Assembly (NCBI GenBank): GCA_963848735.1
Contig: CAWKEP010000010.1
Coordinates: 305,083-369,082, forward strand
Length of the DNA stretch: 64,000 nt
Reading direction: 5' to 3'
Origin: Bryobacterales bacterium
Lineage (GTDB): Bacteria; Acidobacteriota; Terriglobia; Bryobacterales; Bryobacteraceae
How positions within the stretch are numbered: the first letter of the stretch is position 1; each line of letters begins with the position of its first letter. The notes under the pieces are model-generated. The model was given only the letters and a program-made list of their open reading frames with translations, had not been told where the DNA came from and made no database searches. Position numbers and translations under genes: made by a program. Positions 28,274-38,233 of the stretch are shown here, piece by piece.

Positions 28274-28819
28274 AGCGATCGCAGACAACGTGAAGCAGGG
28301 ACACCTGGACGCCGAGATCGCAGTGGTGATTTCGAATCGTCCCGATGCTCGCGGCATAGAGACCGCGCGGTCGCAGGGGATTGCCCGCCGTGGTGCTGCC
28401 TTCGCATGGCGTTCCGCGCGAAGAGTACGATCGGCGCGTGGTAGCCGAACTGCAAAATTGCGCCGTGGATCTGGTCTGCCTGGCAGGATTCATGCGGCTG
28501 TTGACGGCCGAATTTTGCCGGGCTTTCCCGTTGCGAGCACTGAACATTCACCCTCGCTGCTGCCCTGCTTTTCCGGGGTTGGACGCGCAGAAACAAGCGC
28601 TGGAACACGGCGCGAAAATCAGCGGCTGCACGGTGCATTTCGTGGACCAGCGTTTGGATGCGGGCCCGATCGTCCTGCAGTCCGCTGTGCCGGTACTGGA
28701 TGACGACACCGAAGATACGCTGTCGGCGCCGGATTCTGGTTGAGGAGCATCGCATCTATAGCCAGGCCATTGCGATTATTTTGTCCGGACGCTGGAAGCA
28801 TCGCAGGGCCGGCGCGTGA
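28218..28819 (+). pseudogene. purN: phosphoribosylglycinamide formyltransferase, frame breaks at ~28385 and ~28735 plus a compensated pair at 28549-28569
   Basis: KRLGILLSGRGSNFEAI, VVISNRPDA, LVCLAGFMRLL, NIHP(RCC)PAFPGLDAQ, GCTVHFVDQRLDAGPIVLQ, RILVEEHRIY in successive frames. GTG 28218 or TTG 28227 is the start. Confidence 0.85.
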
Positions 28820-28846
28820 TCGAGCTCGGCGTGTAGAACTAGCACG

Positions 28847-29672
28847 ATGAGAAGACTGGTTCGCGCGTTCCTTCCGACCATCCATTACTTGATGCAGACC
28901 GAGGTGCATGTCTTTGCGTTTTCGGTTTCGGCCGGTTTGTTGCTCTCGTTCTTTCCGTTTCTCACCGTCATGCTGTCGATCTGCCGATATGTCTTGAAAT
29001 GGCAGGGAGGCGTGAGCGCCGTTTACTTCGCGTTGAACGACTATTTTCCGGATACCATGGGCCAATTCATCCGGCGCAATTTCGAAGTAACCGTGGCGTC
29101 CCGCGGACCTGTGCAGGTGATTTCATTGATCCTGCTGTTCTTTACAGCCAGCGGCATTTTTGAACCCTTGGAAGTGGCTTTGAACCGCGTCTGGAATTGC
29201 CCCCAAAACCGGAATTACTTTAAAAACCAGCTGGTCAGCCTGGGGCTGATCTTTGCCTGTGGAGCTTTAATGCTGTTTTCCACCACCCTGACCGCCTTAA
29301 ACAATGAGTATTTCAGTGGGATCTCGATCAGGCAGACCGCGCCCTTACGAATCTTCTAAGGCTGCTGCTGTTCAAGGCTGCGGCTATTCCGATGTCGATG
29401 TTGGTGTTGTTTCTTATTTACTGGCTGTTGCCGAACTGCAAGATTAAACCTGCGCGGATTGTCCCGCAGCGATCATAGTGGGATTCCTGCTCGAGTTGCT
29501 TAAATACGTGAACTTATGGACATGGCCGTATCTAAGGGCCAAGCTGCAGTCCGAGTACGGACCCTTTTACTACACTGTGACCATCATCCTGTGGGGTTTC
29601 CTTGCCGCGCTGGTGGTTCTCGCCGGAGCGGAATGGACGGCGCGCGGATCACGAGCTGAGGCAGACGGCTAG
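28847..29672 (+). pseudogene. YihY/BrkB family membrane protein, frame breaks at ~29345 and ~29468
   Basis: FFPFLTVML, FTASGIFEPLEVALNRVW, then LLLFKAAAIPMSMLVLFLIYWLLPNCKIKPARIV and AAIIVGFLLELLKY...ILWGFLAALVVLAGAEW in other frames. Confidence 0.75.
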
Positions 29673-29796
29673 GGTCGGGGCTAGAGAAGCAGCTACGCCC
29701 CGGCTTGTCAACCCCGGAATTCAACCTAACGAAAAAAGGACCAAGTTCCTATTGCGGCCCAGCACTGTGCGGTCGCACACTTGGTTTTTCATCATC

Positions 29797-31224
29797 ATGT
29801 CGCCTACATCCGTGTTGCCCACACCAGCCCGATCCGCGTCCACCCAAGAAGAATCGAAGCACGGCGGGGCAGCAAGCGTGCTGGAGCGACTTTCCAAGTC
29901 GCTGAGCGCTCCACCGCAGGAGCAGCCCCAGATCCAGAGCGAACCCGGCTCTGTGGTTCCGCCGACGCCTGAAACCCTGGACGACACTGGCTTGGCGCCA
30001 TCCGTCCTGCACCAGCTCATTTTGAAGATGTTTTATTCGCAGGGCGACATGCTGGGCCGTGAACTGTCTGAAAAGATGGGGCTCAAGTTCAGCCTGATCG
30101 AAGGGATCATCGATCTCTTCAAGCATCAGCGTTTTCTGGAAGCCAAGAAGTCGCTCGGCATGGGCAACAGCACTGTGCAATTCGCGCTGACCGATACCGG
30201 CCGGATTCAGGCGCGCGAGTGCATGGACAGCAACCAGTACATCGGCCCGGCGCCCGTCCCGTTGTCTCAATACACGGAAATGGTGCGCAGGCAAAAACGA
30301 GCGGATGGCTGGCTCACGCCCCAGGCTTTGCAACAAACCTACCGCCGAATGGTGGTAACCGAACGGATCCTGTCTCAGATTGGTCCAGCGGTGAGCTCCG
30401 GAAATTCGTTCCTGATCTATGGCCAGCCCGGGAATGGGAAGACTTTCCTGGCTGAAGCCCTGATGAATGTGGACGAATCGTGCGTGTACGTGCCGTATGC
30501 GCTGGATTGCCAGGGCACCATTGTTCAAGTCTACGACCCGCTGTATCATCAGCCCGTGCCGGAAGCCGAACAGAATTCGGTATTCTCCACCGGGCCGCAG
30601 CACGACCGCCGTTGGGTGAAATGCCGGCGTCCGTTTATCGTGACCGGTGGCGAACTGACGCTCGAGATGCTGGATCTCAACTACAACGGCACGTCCAAGG
30701 TATACGATGCGCCTTACCAATTGAAAGCCAACAACGGCATCTACTTGATCGACGATTTCGGCCGGCAGCAGTGTACGCCCGCCGAAGTGCTGAACCGCTG
30801 GATTGTTCCCATGGAACGCCGCGTGGACTATCTAAAATTCAACAGCGGTGGCAAGATCACGGTTCCCTTTGAAGCGTTCCTGATCTTTTCGACCAATCTA
30901 AATCCAGAACAGTTGGGTGACGAAGCGTTTCTGCGCCGCATTCAGTACAAAATGCTGCTGCGCAGCCCGGACGAACACGAGTTCACCACCATCTTCCACC
31001 GCTTCTGCGAATCGAAAAGCCTGCCGCACCAGGACGGCTTGATCGCGCGGTTCATCGAAAAGCACTACCGCAACGTAAAGCGCCCTTTCCGCCGCTGCCA
31101 TCCCCGCGACGTGCTGTCCCATGCCATCGACCTGATTCACTTCGAGAAGCTGCCGTTCCATCTGACCGACGATCTAATCGACCGGGCTTTTGAAAGCTGC
31201 TTCCTCGAGGAAACCGGCGACTAA
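29797..31224 (+). CDS. uncharacterised AAA+ ATPase with an N-terminal winged-helix-like domain
   Basis: Start trimmed to MSPTSV (ATG 29797). Low-complexity N-terminus. LGRELSEKMGLKFSLIEGIIDLFKHQRFLE (wHTH-like). Walker A GQPGNGKT, Walker B IYLIDDFGRQ. NRWIVPMERRVDYL, LIFSTNLNPEQLGDEAFLRRIQYK. Confidence 0.75.
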   Translation: MSPTSVLPTPARSASTQEESKHGGAASVLERLSKSLSAPPQEQPQIQSEPGSVVPPTPETLDDTGLAPSVLHQLILKMFYSQGDMLGRELSEKMGLKFSLIEGIIDLFKHQRFLEAKKSLGMGNSTVQFALTDTGRIQARECMDSNQYIGPAPVPLSQYTEMVRRQKRADGWLTPQALQQTYRRMVVTERILSQIGPAVSSGNSFLIYGQPGNGKTFLAEALMNVDESCVYVPYALDCQGTIVQVYDPLYHQPVPEAEQNSVFSTGPQHDRRWVKCRRPFIVTGGELTLEMLDLNYNGTSKVYDAPYQLKANNGIYLIDDFGRQQCTPAEVLNRWIVPMERRVDYLKFNSGGKITVPFEAFLIFSTNLNPEQLGDEAFLRRIQYKMLLRSPDEHEFTTIFHRFCESKSLPHQDGLIARFIEKHYRNVKRPFRRCHPRDVLSHAIDLIHFEKLPFHLTDDLIDRAFESCFLEETGD

Positions 31225-32171
31225 AGAGCCTGCAGGTATTCCAGATCCACATTGCCGCCCGAAAGGATTACGCCGATTCTCCGGACGCCTTGCGGGACCT
31301 TTCCATGCATCACAGCGGCCGCCGATGCAGCACCGCTCGGTTCCACCAGGATCTTGATTCGCATAAGCAGAAACTTCATCGCGGCGCGGATTTCAGAATC
31401 GCTCACCAGCAGAACATCCTCGACGTGCTTCTGAACGATCGGGAACGTCAGGGCGCCCGGCTTGGTTGCACGCAGGCCATCGGCGATGCTCTCAGGTAGC
31501 GGAATTTCCACTCGCGAGCCCGCGCGGAACGAGAGCAGCATGTCGTTGCCGTGCTCAGGTTCTACGCCGAAAACGCGAATTCCAGCACGACTCGCGTGCG
31601 CGGCGATGGAGCTTCCGGAAATCAAGCCGCCTCCGCCAACCGGAACCACCAGCGCATCCAGATCGGGCACTTCATCCAACAGCTCCAAGACAGCAGTGCC
31701 TTGGCCAGCAATGGTCAAGGCGTGATCGTAAGGAGGGACCAGCGTTGCGCCGGATTCTCGCGCGATCCGCTGACCGATCGCCTCCCGATCATCGGCGGCG
31801 CGATCGTAGGTGACGACACTGGCTCCATGCGCGCGGGTGGCCGCCATCTTCAACGCAGGCGCGTCGGCGGGCATGACAATAGTGGCGGGAATTCCGAGCG
31901 ATTCGGCGGCTATCGCGACCGCCTGTCCATGATTACCCGACGAAAACGTTACCACACCGCGCGCGATCTGATCCTTGGGGATCGACAAGATGAAATTAGC
32001 CGCGCCTCGAATTTTGAAAGCGCCGCCGCGTTGGAAGTTTTCACACTTGAAATGGACGCTGGCCCCGCAGAGCGCATCGAAGGTACGCGACGTGAAGACC
32101 GGTGTACGGCGTACGATGTTGCGCGTGCGCTCGGCCGCCGTTTGAATGTCTGAGAGCTGGATGCCGTCCAT
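31221..32171 (-). CDS. PLP-dependent threonine/serine dehydratase family enzyme (no ACT domain)
   Basis: FKCENFQRGGAFKIRGA (PLP-Lys), SSGNHGQAVA and PVGGGGLISG are typical of the fold-type II dehydratase/racemase family. Confidence 0.85.
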   Translation of the reverse strand: MDGIQLSDIQTAAERTRNIVRRTPVFTSRTFDALCGASVHFKCENFQRGGAFKIRGAANFILSIPKDQIARGVVTFSSGNHGQAVAIAAESLGIPATIVMPADAPALKMAATRAHGASVVTYDRAADDREAIGQRIARESGATLVPPYDHALTIAGQGTAVLELLDEVPDLDALVVPVGGGGLISGSSIAAHASRAGIRVFGVEPEHGNDMLLSFRAGSRVEIPLPESIADGLRATKPGALTFPIVQKHVEDVLLVSDSEIRAAMKFLLMRIKILVEPSGAASAAAVMHGKVPQGVRRIGVILSGGNVDLEYLQAL

Positions 32172-33140
32172 TCAGTATCCGGAGGTCTTGTCAACGACGA
32201 AATCCAGCGGCTGACCGCTCCGAAAGCGCTCAAAATTTGCCATGAACTGCCGCACCGCGAGCTCCATCCAGCCGGTGGTGTGGTCGGCGCAATGGGGCGA
32301 GAGCAGCACGTTTTCCATCTTATGGAACGGATGATCGGCGGGCAGCGGCTCCTGTTCGAAGACATCCAGAGCCGCTCCGCGAATGATCCTTTGATTCAGA
32401 GCGGAAATCAGATCGGACTCGATCACCACAGCGCCGCGGCCCACGTTGATGAAAACGGCAGAGTGCTTCATGAAGTGAAATTCTCCTCCACCTAGCATTC
32501 CTTGCGTTTCGGGCGTCAATGGCGTTGCGGCCAGCACATAGTCGCACAGGCTGAGCATCTCGTGCAGTTGCTCGCGCGTAAACGATCGCTCCAAAACTGG
32601 ATCGTTCTCCGGCGGCGGGACGCGCCTTCGAAGGGCCACAACCTTCATGCCAAGGGCGTGCGCGAGCCTCGCCGCTTCTCGTCCGATGCCGCCATAACCG
32701 ATCACGCCCAGCGTCTGATCGCGAAGGAACGCAACGTCGAATTGCTCCCAGCGCGCTGCTGCCTGCTGGCGAATCAAGCGACGCAGATCTTTGGCAAAGT
32801 AGAACATGGCGGCTACAACAAATTCGGCCAGCGCGGGGCCGAACACACCCTGGCCGTTGGTGAGCGGGACCGGGCTTTCGACCAGTTCCGGCGACAAGAC
32901 TTTCTCCACCCCGGCCGAGAGCGCGTGGACCCATCGTAATCGTGGCGCGAGCGGCAAAATGGCGCGGAGCGCCGAGCCATCGTGGAATCCGTTGAGGATC
33001 ACGTCGGCCTCTGGAGCATGTTGCTTCAGAAATTCAAGATCGTCGCTGGTAAGGACTGTCACCGGCTGCGGCAGGTCGTCGAGGAAGCGCAGGAACGGGT
33101 ACTTAGGGCTCGAAATGACAAGAAGTGTAATAGCGTCCAT
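32172..33140 (-). CDS. D-isomer-specific 2-hydroxyacid dehydrogenase family, NAD-binding
   Basis: GVIGYGGIGREAARLAHALGMKVVALRR (Rossmann), FINVGRGAVV, AALDVFEQEPLP, SPHCA. ATG 33140 is preferred over TTG 33191. Confidence 0.85.
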   Translation of the reverse strand: MDAITLLVISSPKYPFLRFLDDLPQPVTVLTSDDLEFLKQHAPEADVILNGFHDGSALRAILPLAPRLRWVHALSAGVEKVLSPELVESPVPLTNGQGVFGPALAEFVVAAMFYFAKDLRRLIRQQAAARWEQFDVAFLRDQTLGVIGYGGIGREAARLAHALGMKVVALRRRVPPPENDPVLERSFTREQLHEMLSLCDYVLAATPLTPETQGMLGGGEFHFMKHSAVFINVGRGAVVIESDLISALNQRIIRGAALDVFEQEPLPADHPFHKMENVLLSPHCADHTTGWMELAVRQFMANFERFRSGQPLDFVVDKTSGY

Positions 33141-33179
33141 GAAACCAGGAAGATAGCACAAGCCTGTTAATATCGTGGC

Positions 33180-34508
33180 GTGACGCCTCAAGAGCAGCTG
33201 CGCGATTTACCGGCTGTGGACCAGGTACTTCGCGCATTAGGGCATCTGGAAGGGCGCTTTCCACGATCGTTGATCGCAGAAGAAGTGCGTCGCGTGCTGG
33301 AAACAACCCGCCAGGAAATTCGCGGGGGGCGACACGAAAATTCCGTTTCTATCGAGCACCGCGTGGAGCGCAATCTGGCCAAGCTGGAAGAGCCTTCGCT
33401 TCGCGGCGTGATCAATGCGACCGGCGTCGTTTTGCACACCAATCTTGGCCGCGCGCCGTTGGCGCCGTTTCAGCCGCTGACCGGGTACTCGAATCTGGAA
33501 TACGATCTCACCGCGGGCCGGCGCGGCAAGCGCGATGTGCACGTGGCTCACTTGATCGAGCGACTGGTGGGCGCGCGTGGAATTGTGGTCAATAACAACG
33601 CCGCTGCCATCTTTCTGGCGTTGAACGAGCTGGCCGCGGGATTCGAAGTGATCGTGTCGCGGGGCGAACTGATCGAGATCGGCGACGGCTTTCGTATCCC
33701 CGAGATCATGCAGCGCTCGGGCGCGATACTGCGCGAAGTTGGGACGACGAACCGGACCAGCATCGACGACTATCGCGACGCGATCAACGAACGAACGCGG
33801 CTTCTGCTGCGGGTTCATCCAAGTAACTTCCGCATCGAAGGTTTTACCGCCAGGCCCGCACTGCGCGAGCTGACAGCCCTCGCCACTGAACGCGGCATTC
33901 CGCTCTACGAAGACCTGGGCAGCGGCTGTGTCACCGATTTGCGCGCGTTTGGCGTGGACGAGCCGCTGGTTGGGGATAGCATTCGCGGCGGAGTCAACCT
34001 AGTGTCCTTCAGCGGGGACAAATTGCTGGGAGGTCCACAAGCCGGAATTCTCGCAGGCGATGCCGAACTCGTCACCCGGCTTCGGCGGAATCCGCTGTTT
34101 CGAGCCCTTCGTCTGGATAAGTTGATTTACCAGGCGCTCGAAACCACGCTGCGAAATCTGATCTTGGAACACTGGGATCAAATTCCAATGCTTCGAATGA
34201 TCTCGCAATCGAGCGAGCTGCTACGCGCCCGATCGGAACACCTGCTTAATCGACTCGATGGCATGCGAGCCGAGTTAATCGAAGGCGATTCGATGATTGG
34301 CGGCGGATCGACGCCGCAACAACCGCTCAAAGGCTGGTTGATCGCCATTGATTGCGCGGATGTGGTCGAAACGGAGCGACGGTGCCGTTTGAACGCGGAT
34401 CCCGTGATCGTACGAATACAAAATGGCCGGCTGCTGCTGGACCTGCGGACCGTAGAATCGGGGGAAGAAGACCGTCTGGTCCGCGTGATTCGCGCGGCCT
34501 GTGCCTAA
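33180..34508 (+). CDS. selA: L-seryl-tRNA(Sec) selenium transferase
   Basis: VINATGVVLHTNLGRAPL, NLEYDL..G.RG.R, VNNNAAA, SRGELIEIGDGFRIPEIM, RVHPSNF, FSGDKLLGGPQAG (PLP-Lys). Confidence 0.9.
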   Translation: MTPQEQLRDLPAVDQVLRALGHLEGRFPRSLIAEEVRRVLETTRQEIRGGRHENSVSIEHRVERNLAKLEEPSLRGVINATGVVLHTNLGRAPLAPFQPLTGYSNLEYDLTAGRRGKRDVHVAHLIERLVGARGIVVNNNAAAIFLALNELAAGFEVIVSRGELIEIGDGFRIPEIMQRSGAILREVGTTNRTSIDDYRDAINERTRLLLRVHPSNFRIEGFTARPALRELTALATERGIPLYEDLGSGCVTDLRAFGVDEPLVGDSIRGGVNLVSFSGDKLLGGPQAGILAGDAELVTRLRRNPLFRALRLDKLIYQALETTLRNLILEHWDQIPMLRMISQSSELLRARSEHLLNRLDGMRAELIEGDSMIGGGSTPQQPLKGWLIAIDCADVVETERRCRLNADPVIVRIQNGRLLLDLRTVESGEEDRLVRVIRAACA

Positions 34509-35647
34509 AGCTTCGAAAGCAACATCGCCAGCAGCGCCGTCCGATCCGCGACGCGGTCCAGGAGAATGCTCTCGTTCTCCGCGTGCGCGCCTTCCCCAAC
34601 GCCACCTAGTCCATCCAGCGTTGGAACGCCGAGCGCGGCCGTGAAATTGCCGTCCGAACCTCCGCCCGTGGAGGATTCCTGGAGCGCAACGCCGAGTTCC
34701 TTGGCACAGGCCCGCGCCGTTCGAAATAACTGTTGAATGGCCGGCGTTCGTTCCATGGGGGGACGGTTGAGGCCGCCCTCGACATGGATCGAGCAGCGCT
34801 TGTCGAACGGGCGCAACGCGCGGAACTTCTTGTCCAGGGCGTCGGCGTCTTTCATCTTCGCGATGCGGATGTCCACTTCAACGCGCGCTTCCGCGGCGAC
34901 CACATTGGTGCGCGTGCCGCCGGAAATTACGCCCGGGTTAGCCGTGATGCCGCGCCCCAGGTTAGTGAATGCCGCGATTTTGGGGATTTGGCGGGCTAAC
35001 TCCAGCACGGCGCTCGCCCCCGATTCGAAGTCCACACCCGCGTGCGACGCCCGTCCTTTTACCGTGACGGCGTAGTCACCCACACCTTTGCGCTCCGTCT
35101 TGAGTTTGCCCTTCAGTCCGGTTCCTGGCTCCAACAGAAGGGTGACAGCGCTCTGGCGCGCAGCCTCTTCGGTGAACTGCCGCGAAGTCTCGCTGCCCAC
35201 TTCCTCATCCGAATTGACTTGCAACAAAATAGTCCGGCGCACCGGGATCTCGAGCATTTGAAGCGTATGTATAGCGTAAATAAAAAACGCGATACCGGAT
35301 TTCATGTCCAGTACGCCCGGCCCCCACAGGCGGCCGCGCTCCTCGCGAACCGGCATTTGCGCGAGCGTTCCAAGCGGCCAAACGGTGTCGGAATGCGCCA
35401 GCACCAGGATTCGGCCCGCGTCCGCCTTCGCGCCCGGGAATTTGAATTCGCAGCGCAGGTGATGGCCAAAGCGTCCGCCCGGCAAAGTCTTAACGCTGGT
35501 GGCGCCGTCAATTCGGCTACCTAGAAGATTCACGAAGCGGTTCACGGCCTGCGGCTGATCGCTCGGAGACTCGCATCTGGCCAACTCGCTGATTAGCGCG
35601 ACGATGGCGGACTGCTTCGCTTCCGCAAAAGCAAGGAACGGATGCAC
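34505..35647 (-). CDS. M20 family metallopeptidase (carboxypeptidase G2-like)
   Basis: LAHSDTV, GPGVLDMKSG, NSDEEVGS, GRASHAG, GGSDGN. Confidence 0.85.
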   Translation of the reverse strand: MHPFLAFAEAKQSAIVALISELARCESPSDQPQAVNRFVNLLGSRIDGATSVKTLPGGRFGHHLRCEFKFPGAKADAGRILVLAHSDTVWPLGTLAQMPVREERGRLWGPGVLDMKSGIAFFIYAIHTLQMLEIPVRRTILLQVNSDEEVGSETSRQFTEEAARQSAVTLLLEPGTGLKGKLKTERKGVGDYAVTVKGRASHAGVDFESGASAVLELARQIPKIAAFTNLGRGITANPGVISGGTRTNVVAAEARVEVDIRIAKMKDADALDKKFRALRPFDKRCSIHVEGGLNRPPMERTPAIQQLFRTARACAKELGVALQESSTGGGSDGNFTAALGVPTLDGLGGVGEGAHAENESILLDRVADRTALLAMLLSKL

Positions 35648-35671
35648 TGCCTGTTATAATAGCCAGTTTGC

Positions 35672-36121
35672 ATGCCCCTTCTCGACATCCAGGAAATTCG
35701 TGATATTTTGCCGCACCGCTATCCCATGCTGCTGGTGGATGCGATTCTCGAGCTGGAAGAAGAGCGCATCGTCGGAATCAAGAACGTCACGGTGAATGAA
35801 CCCTTCTTTGTGGGCCATTTTCCCGACTTTCCGGTCATGCCAGGCGTTCTGGTGGTGGAAGCCATGGCGCAGGTGGCGGGCGTTCTGGTGCTGAAGTCGA
35901 TCCCGGATCGCAAGAATAAATTGGTGCTGCTCGCGTCTATCGAGCAGGCCAAATTCCGCCGTCCCGTGCGGCCGGGCGACCAGCTTCGCATCGAGATGAA
36001 GCTCACACGGCGCAAAGCCAATATCGCAAAAATGCACGGGCAGGCCACGGTGAACGGCGTCGTCGTGGCCGAAGCCGAGTTGATGTGCGTCCTGCAGGAT
36101 CGCGTGCCCCAGGTGGCCTAA
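35672..36121 (+). CDS. fabZ: 3-hydroxyacyl-ACP dehydratase
   Basis: [34 protein letters not shown]. Confidence 0.95.
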   Translation: MPLLDIQEIRDILPHRYPMLLVDAILELEEERIVGIKNVTVNEPFFVGHFPDFPVMPGVLVVEAMAQVAGVLVLKSIPDRKNKLVLLASIEQAKFRRPVRPGDQLRIEMKLTRRKANIAKMHGQATVNGVVVAEAELMCVLQDRVPQVA

Positions 36122-36130
36122 GCCGCGCGC

Positions 36131-36907
36131 ATGGCGATTCATCCGTCTGCCATCGTCGATCCACAGGCTCGTATCTCACCAAGCGCTGAAATCGGGCCCT
36201 ATTGCATCATCGGCGCCGATGTCGAAATCGGAGCGCGCACCCGGTTGATGGCTCACATCTTCGTGGAGGGCGTCACCCACATAGGTGAAGACAACGTCTT
36301 TTATCCGTATTCCACCGTTGGAGTGGCTTCGCAGGATCTGAAATACAAAGGCGAGCGCGCCGAGACACGCATCGGAAGCCGCAATAAAATCCGCGAGTTT
36401 GTCAGCATCCACCGCGGTACCGAAGGTGGCGGATTGGTCACCGCGATCGGCGACGACAACTTGCTGATGGCCTACGCGCACGTGGCGCACGATGTGCGGG
36501 TCGGCGACCACACACAACTGGGAAACGCGGTTACTTTCGCCGGACACGTCATCGTGGAAGACTGGGCGGTGATTGAGGCTTTTAGCGGCGTGCATCAGTT
36601 CTGCCGGATTGGAAAACACGCGTTTGTCGGCGGCTACAGTGTGGTGACGAAAGATGTGCTGCCGTTCTCGATGACCGTGAGTCCGCGGGAATCCAAGGTG
36701 TTTGGCGAGAACAAAGTAGGACTCGAGCGGCGCGGTTTCACCAAGGGAGCCATTGAAAGCCTGCATAAAGCATTTCGGCTCTTGACTAAGTCCGGCCTCA
36801 ACACGACACAAGCCGTGGAGCGCATTCGCGCCGAGGTGCCGGAGTGCGCGGAGGTCAACGATCTGCTCACGTTCATGGAAAGGTCCGAGCGCGGTTTCGT
36901 GAAATGA
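36131..36907 (+). CDS. lpxA: acyl-ACP--UDP-N-acetylglucosamine O-acyltransferase
   Basis: IHPSAIVDP.A.I, left-handed beta-helix hexapeptide repeats, NLLMAYAHVAHD, C-terminal helical domain. Confidence 0.95.
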   Translation: MAIHPSAIVDPQARISPSAEIGPYCIIGADVEIGARTRLMAHIFVEGVTHIGEDNVFYPYSTVGVASQDLKYKGERAETRIGSRNKIREFVSIHRGTEGGGLVTAIGDDNLLMAYAHVAHDVRVGDHTQLGNAVTFAGHVIVEDWAVIEAFSGVHQFCRIGKHAFVGGYSVVTKDVLPFSMTVSPRESKVFGENKVGLERRGFTKGAIESLHKAFRLLTKSGLNTTQAVERIRAEVPECAEVNDLLTFMERSERGFVK

Positions 36908-36917
36908 GTTTTGTGAA

Positions 36918-37738
36918 ATGAGCCGCCGCTACGGAATGATCGCGGGTAATGGCCGCTTCCCGTTGCTGGCACTGGAAACGGCGCGCCAGGCCGGCGATCA
37001 GGTGGTGGTGCTGGCCATCAAGGAAGAGGCCTCGCCCGAGATCGAACAATTGGCGGACCGCTGTCACTGGATTTCGCTGGGCCAACTCTCTCGCCTGATC
37101 GAGATCCTCAAGGAAGAAGGCATCACTGAAGTGATGATGGCCGGGCAAGTGAAGCACGCGAAGATTTTTTCGTCTATCCGGCCAGACTGGAAACTGGTGA
37201 AGTTGTTGGCCGGACTCAAACAGAAAAACACCGACGCCTTGATCGGCGGCGTGGTGGGAGTTCTAGCCGAGGAAGGCATCCAGCTGGTCGATTCGACGCT
37301 GCTGCTGAAGCCGCTACTCGCTGAAACGGGTGTGTTGAGCAAGCGCAAGCCGTCGTCAGACGAGGAACGCGACATTGCATATGGGCGAAGGATCGCCAAT
37401 ACGCTGGCCGGCATGGATGTGGGCCAGAGCGTCGCGATTTCGGACGGCGCCTGCGTGGCAGTGGAGGCAATGGAGGGCACCGATGCCATGCTGGAACGCG
37501 CGGCGTCTCTGGTCAACGGCCAGCCGTTAACGTCTGGTGAAAGTCTCCCGGCGTCGCGGGCATCTTGCTGTTCGACGTTCCAGTGGCCGGTCCAGGCACC
37601 ATCGAGGCGATGCAAAAGGCGGGTGCTACCGCGCTGGCTGTAGATGCGGGCCGAACGCTGTTGCTGGATCGTGAAGCGATGCTGGCCAGAGCGAATGAAT
37701 GCAAGATTGCGATTCTCGGCTGCGAGCCCGAGCCGTAG
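36918..37738 (+). pseudogene. lpxI: UDP-2,3-diacylglucosamine hydrolase LpxI (DUF1009), two +1 breaks (~37535, ~37562)
   Basis: GMIAGNGRFP, MAGQVKH, DVGQSVAISDGACVAVEAMEGTDAML are in-frame. The tail LVKVSRRRGH / LLFDVPVAGPGTIEAMQKAGATALAVDAGRTLLLDREAM...ILGCEPEP* reads in the next two frames and stops at 37736-37738. Confidence 0.85.
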
Positions 37739-37744
37739 CCCTGA

Positions 37745-38233
37745 TTATTCGCGTTTGTTACCGATCAGGAGCGAGAGCAGGTATTCGTTGGCGGTTGGAT
37801 GCGCCCGAACGGTGGTCCAATTTGCGAATGCATCCTGGGCGTCTCCAACCAAGACTCGCGCGTCTACCGAAGACCACGTTTTTGTATTGTCGTAATCCGC
37901 CTGGAGCCGCGCCTCCTGCAGTACGACAAAGGCTGCCGCAACAGCTTCTAGATCAATAGGAACTGCAAGTGAGGGTGTGCTCCACCCGCGCCAATTTCCC
38001 CGCAGGATCGAATTCGAGACGTCTTTCATCGTCCTATGTTCAAACCTGCGTTCCAGCCCTGATCGGGCCGAGGATGAACCGTTCCAACTTTGAACGGCCT
38101 CCTGAACGAGAAGATGAAACAGCGCGTAATATGCCGTCGATATAGCGCGGCGAAACGATGCCTGTTGTGGCTCGCCTGCGATTGGCTGAGCAAGACGGTC
38201 AGCAATAGCCAGCAGGTCGGCCGCTATTCCCAT
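37745..38233 (-). CDS. UPF0332/HEPN-like helical protein (candidate toxin/effector)
   Basis: FRRAISTAYYALFHLLVQEA and LQEARLQADYD match the SR.YYA.FH ... R..ADY signature of UPF0332 (COG1895) HEPN proteins as I recall it. Overlaps the upstream gene by 10 nt. Lower GC than the flanks. Confidence 0.55.
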   Translation of the reverse strand: MGIAADLLAIADRLAQPIAGEPQQASFRRAISTAYYALFHLLVQEAVQSWNGSSSARSGLERRFEHRTMKDVSNSILRGNWRGWSTPSLAVPIDLEAVAAAFVVLQEARLQADYDNTKTWSSVDARVLVGDAQDAFANWTTVRAHPTANEYLLSLLIGNKRE

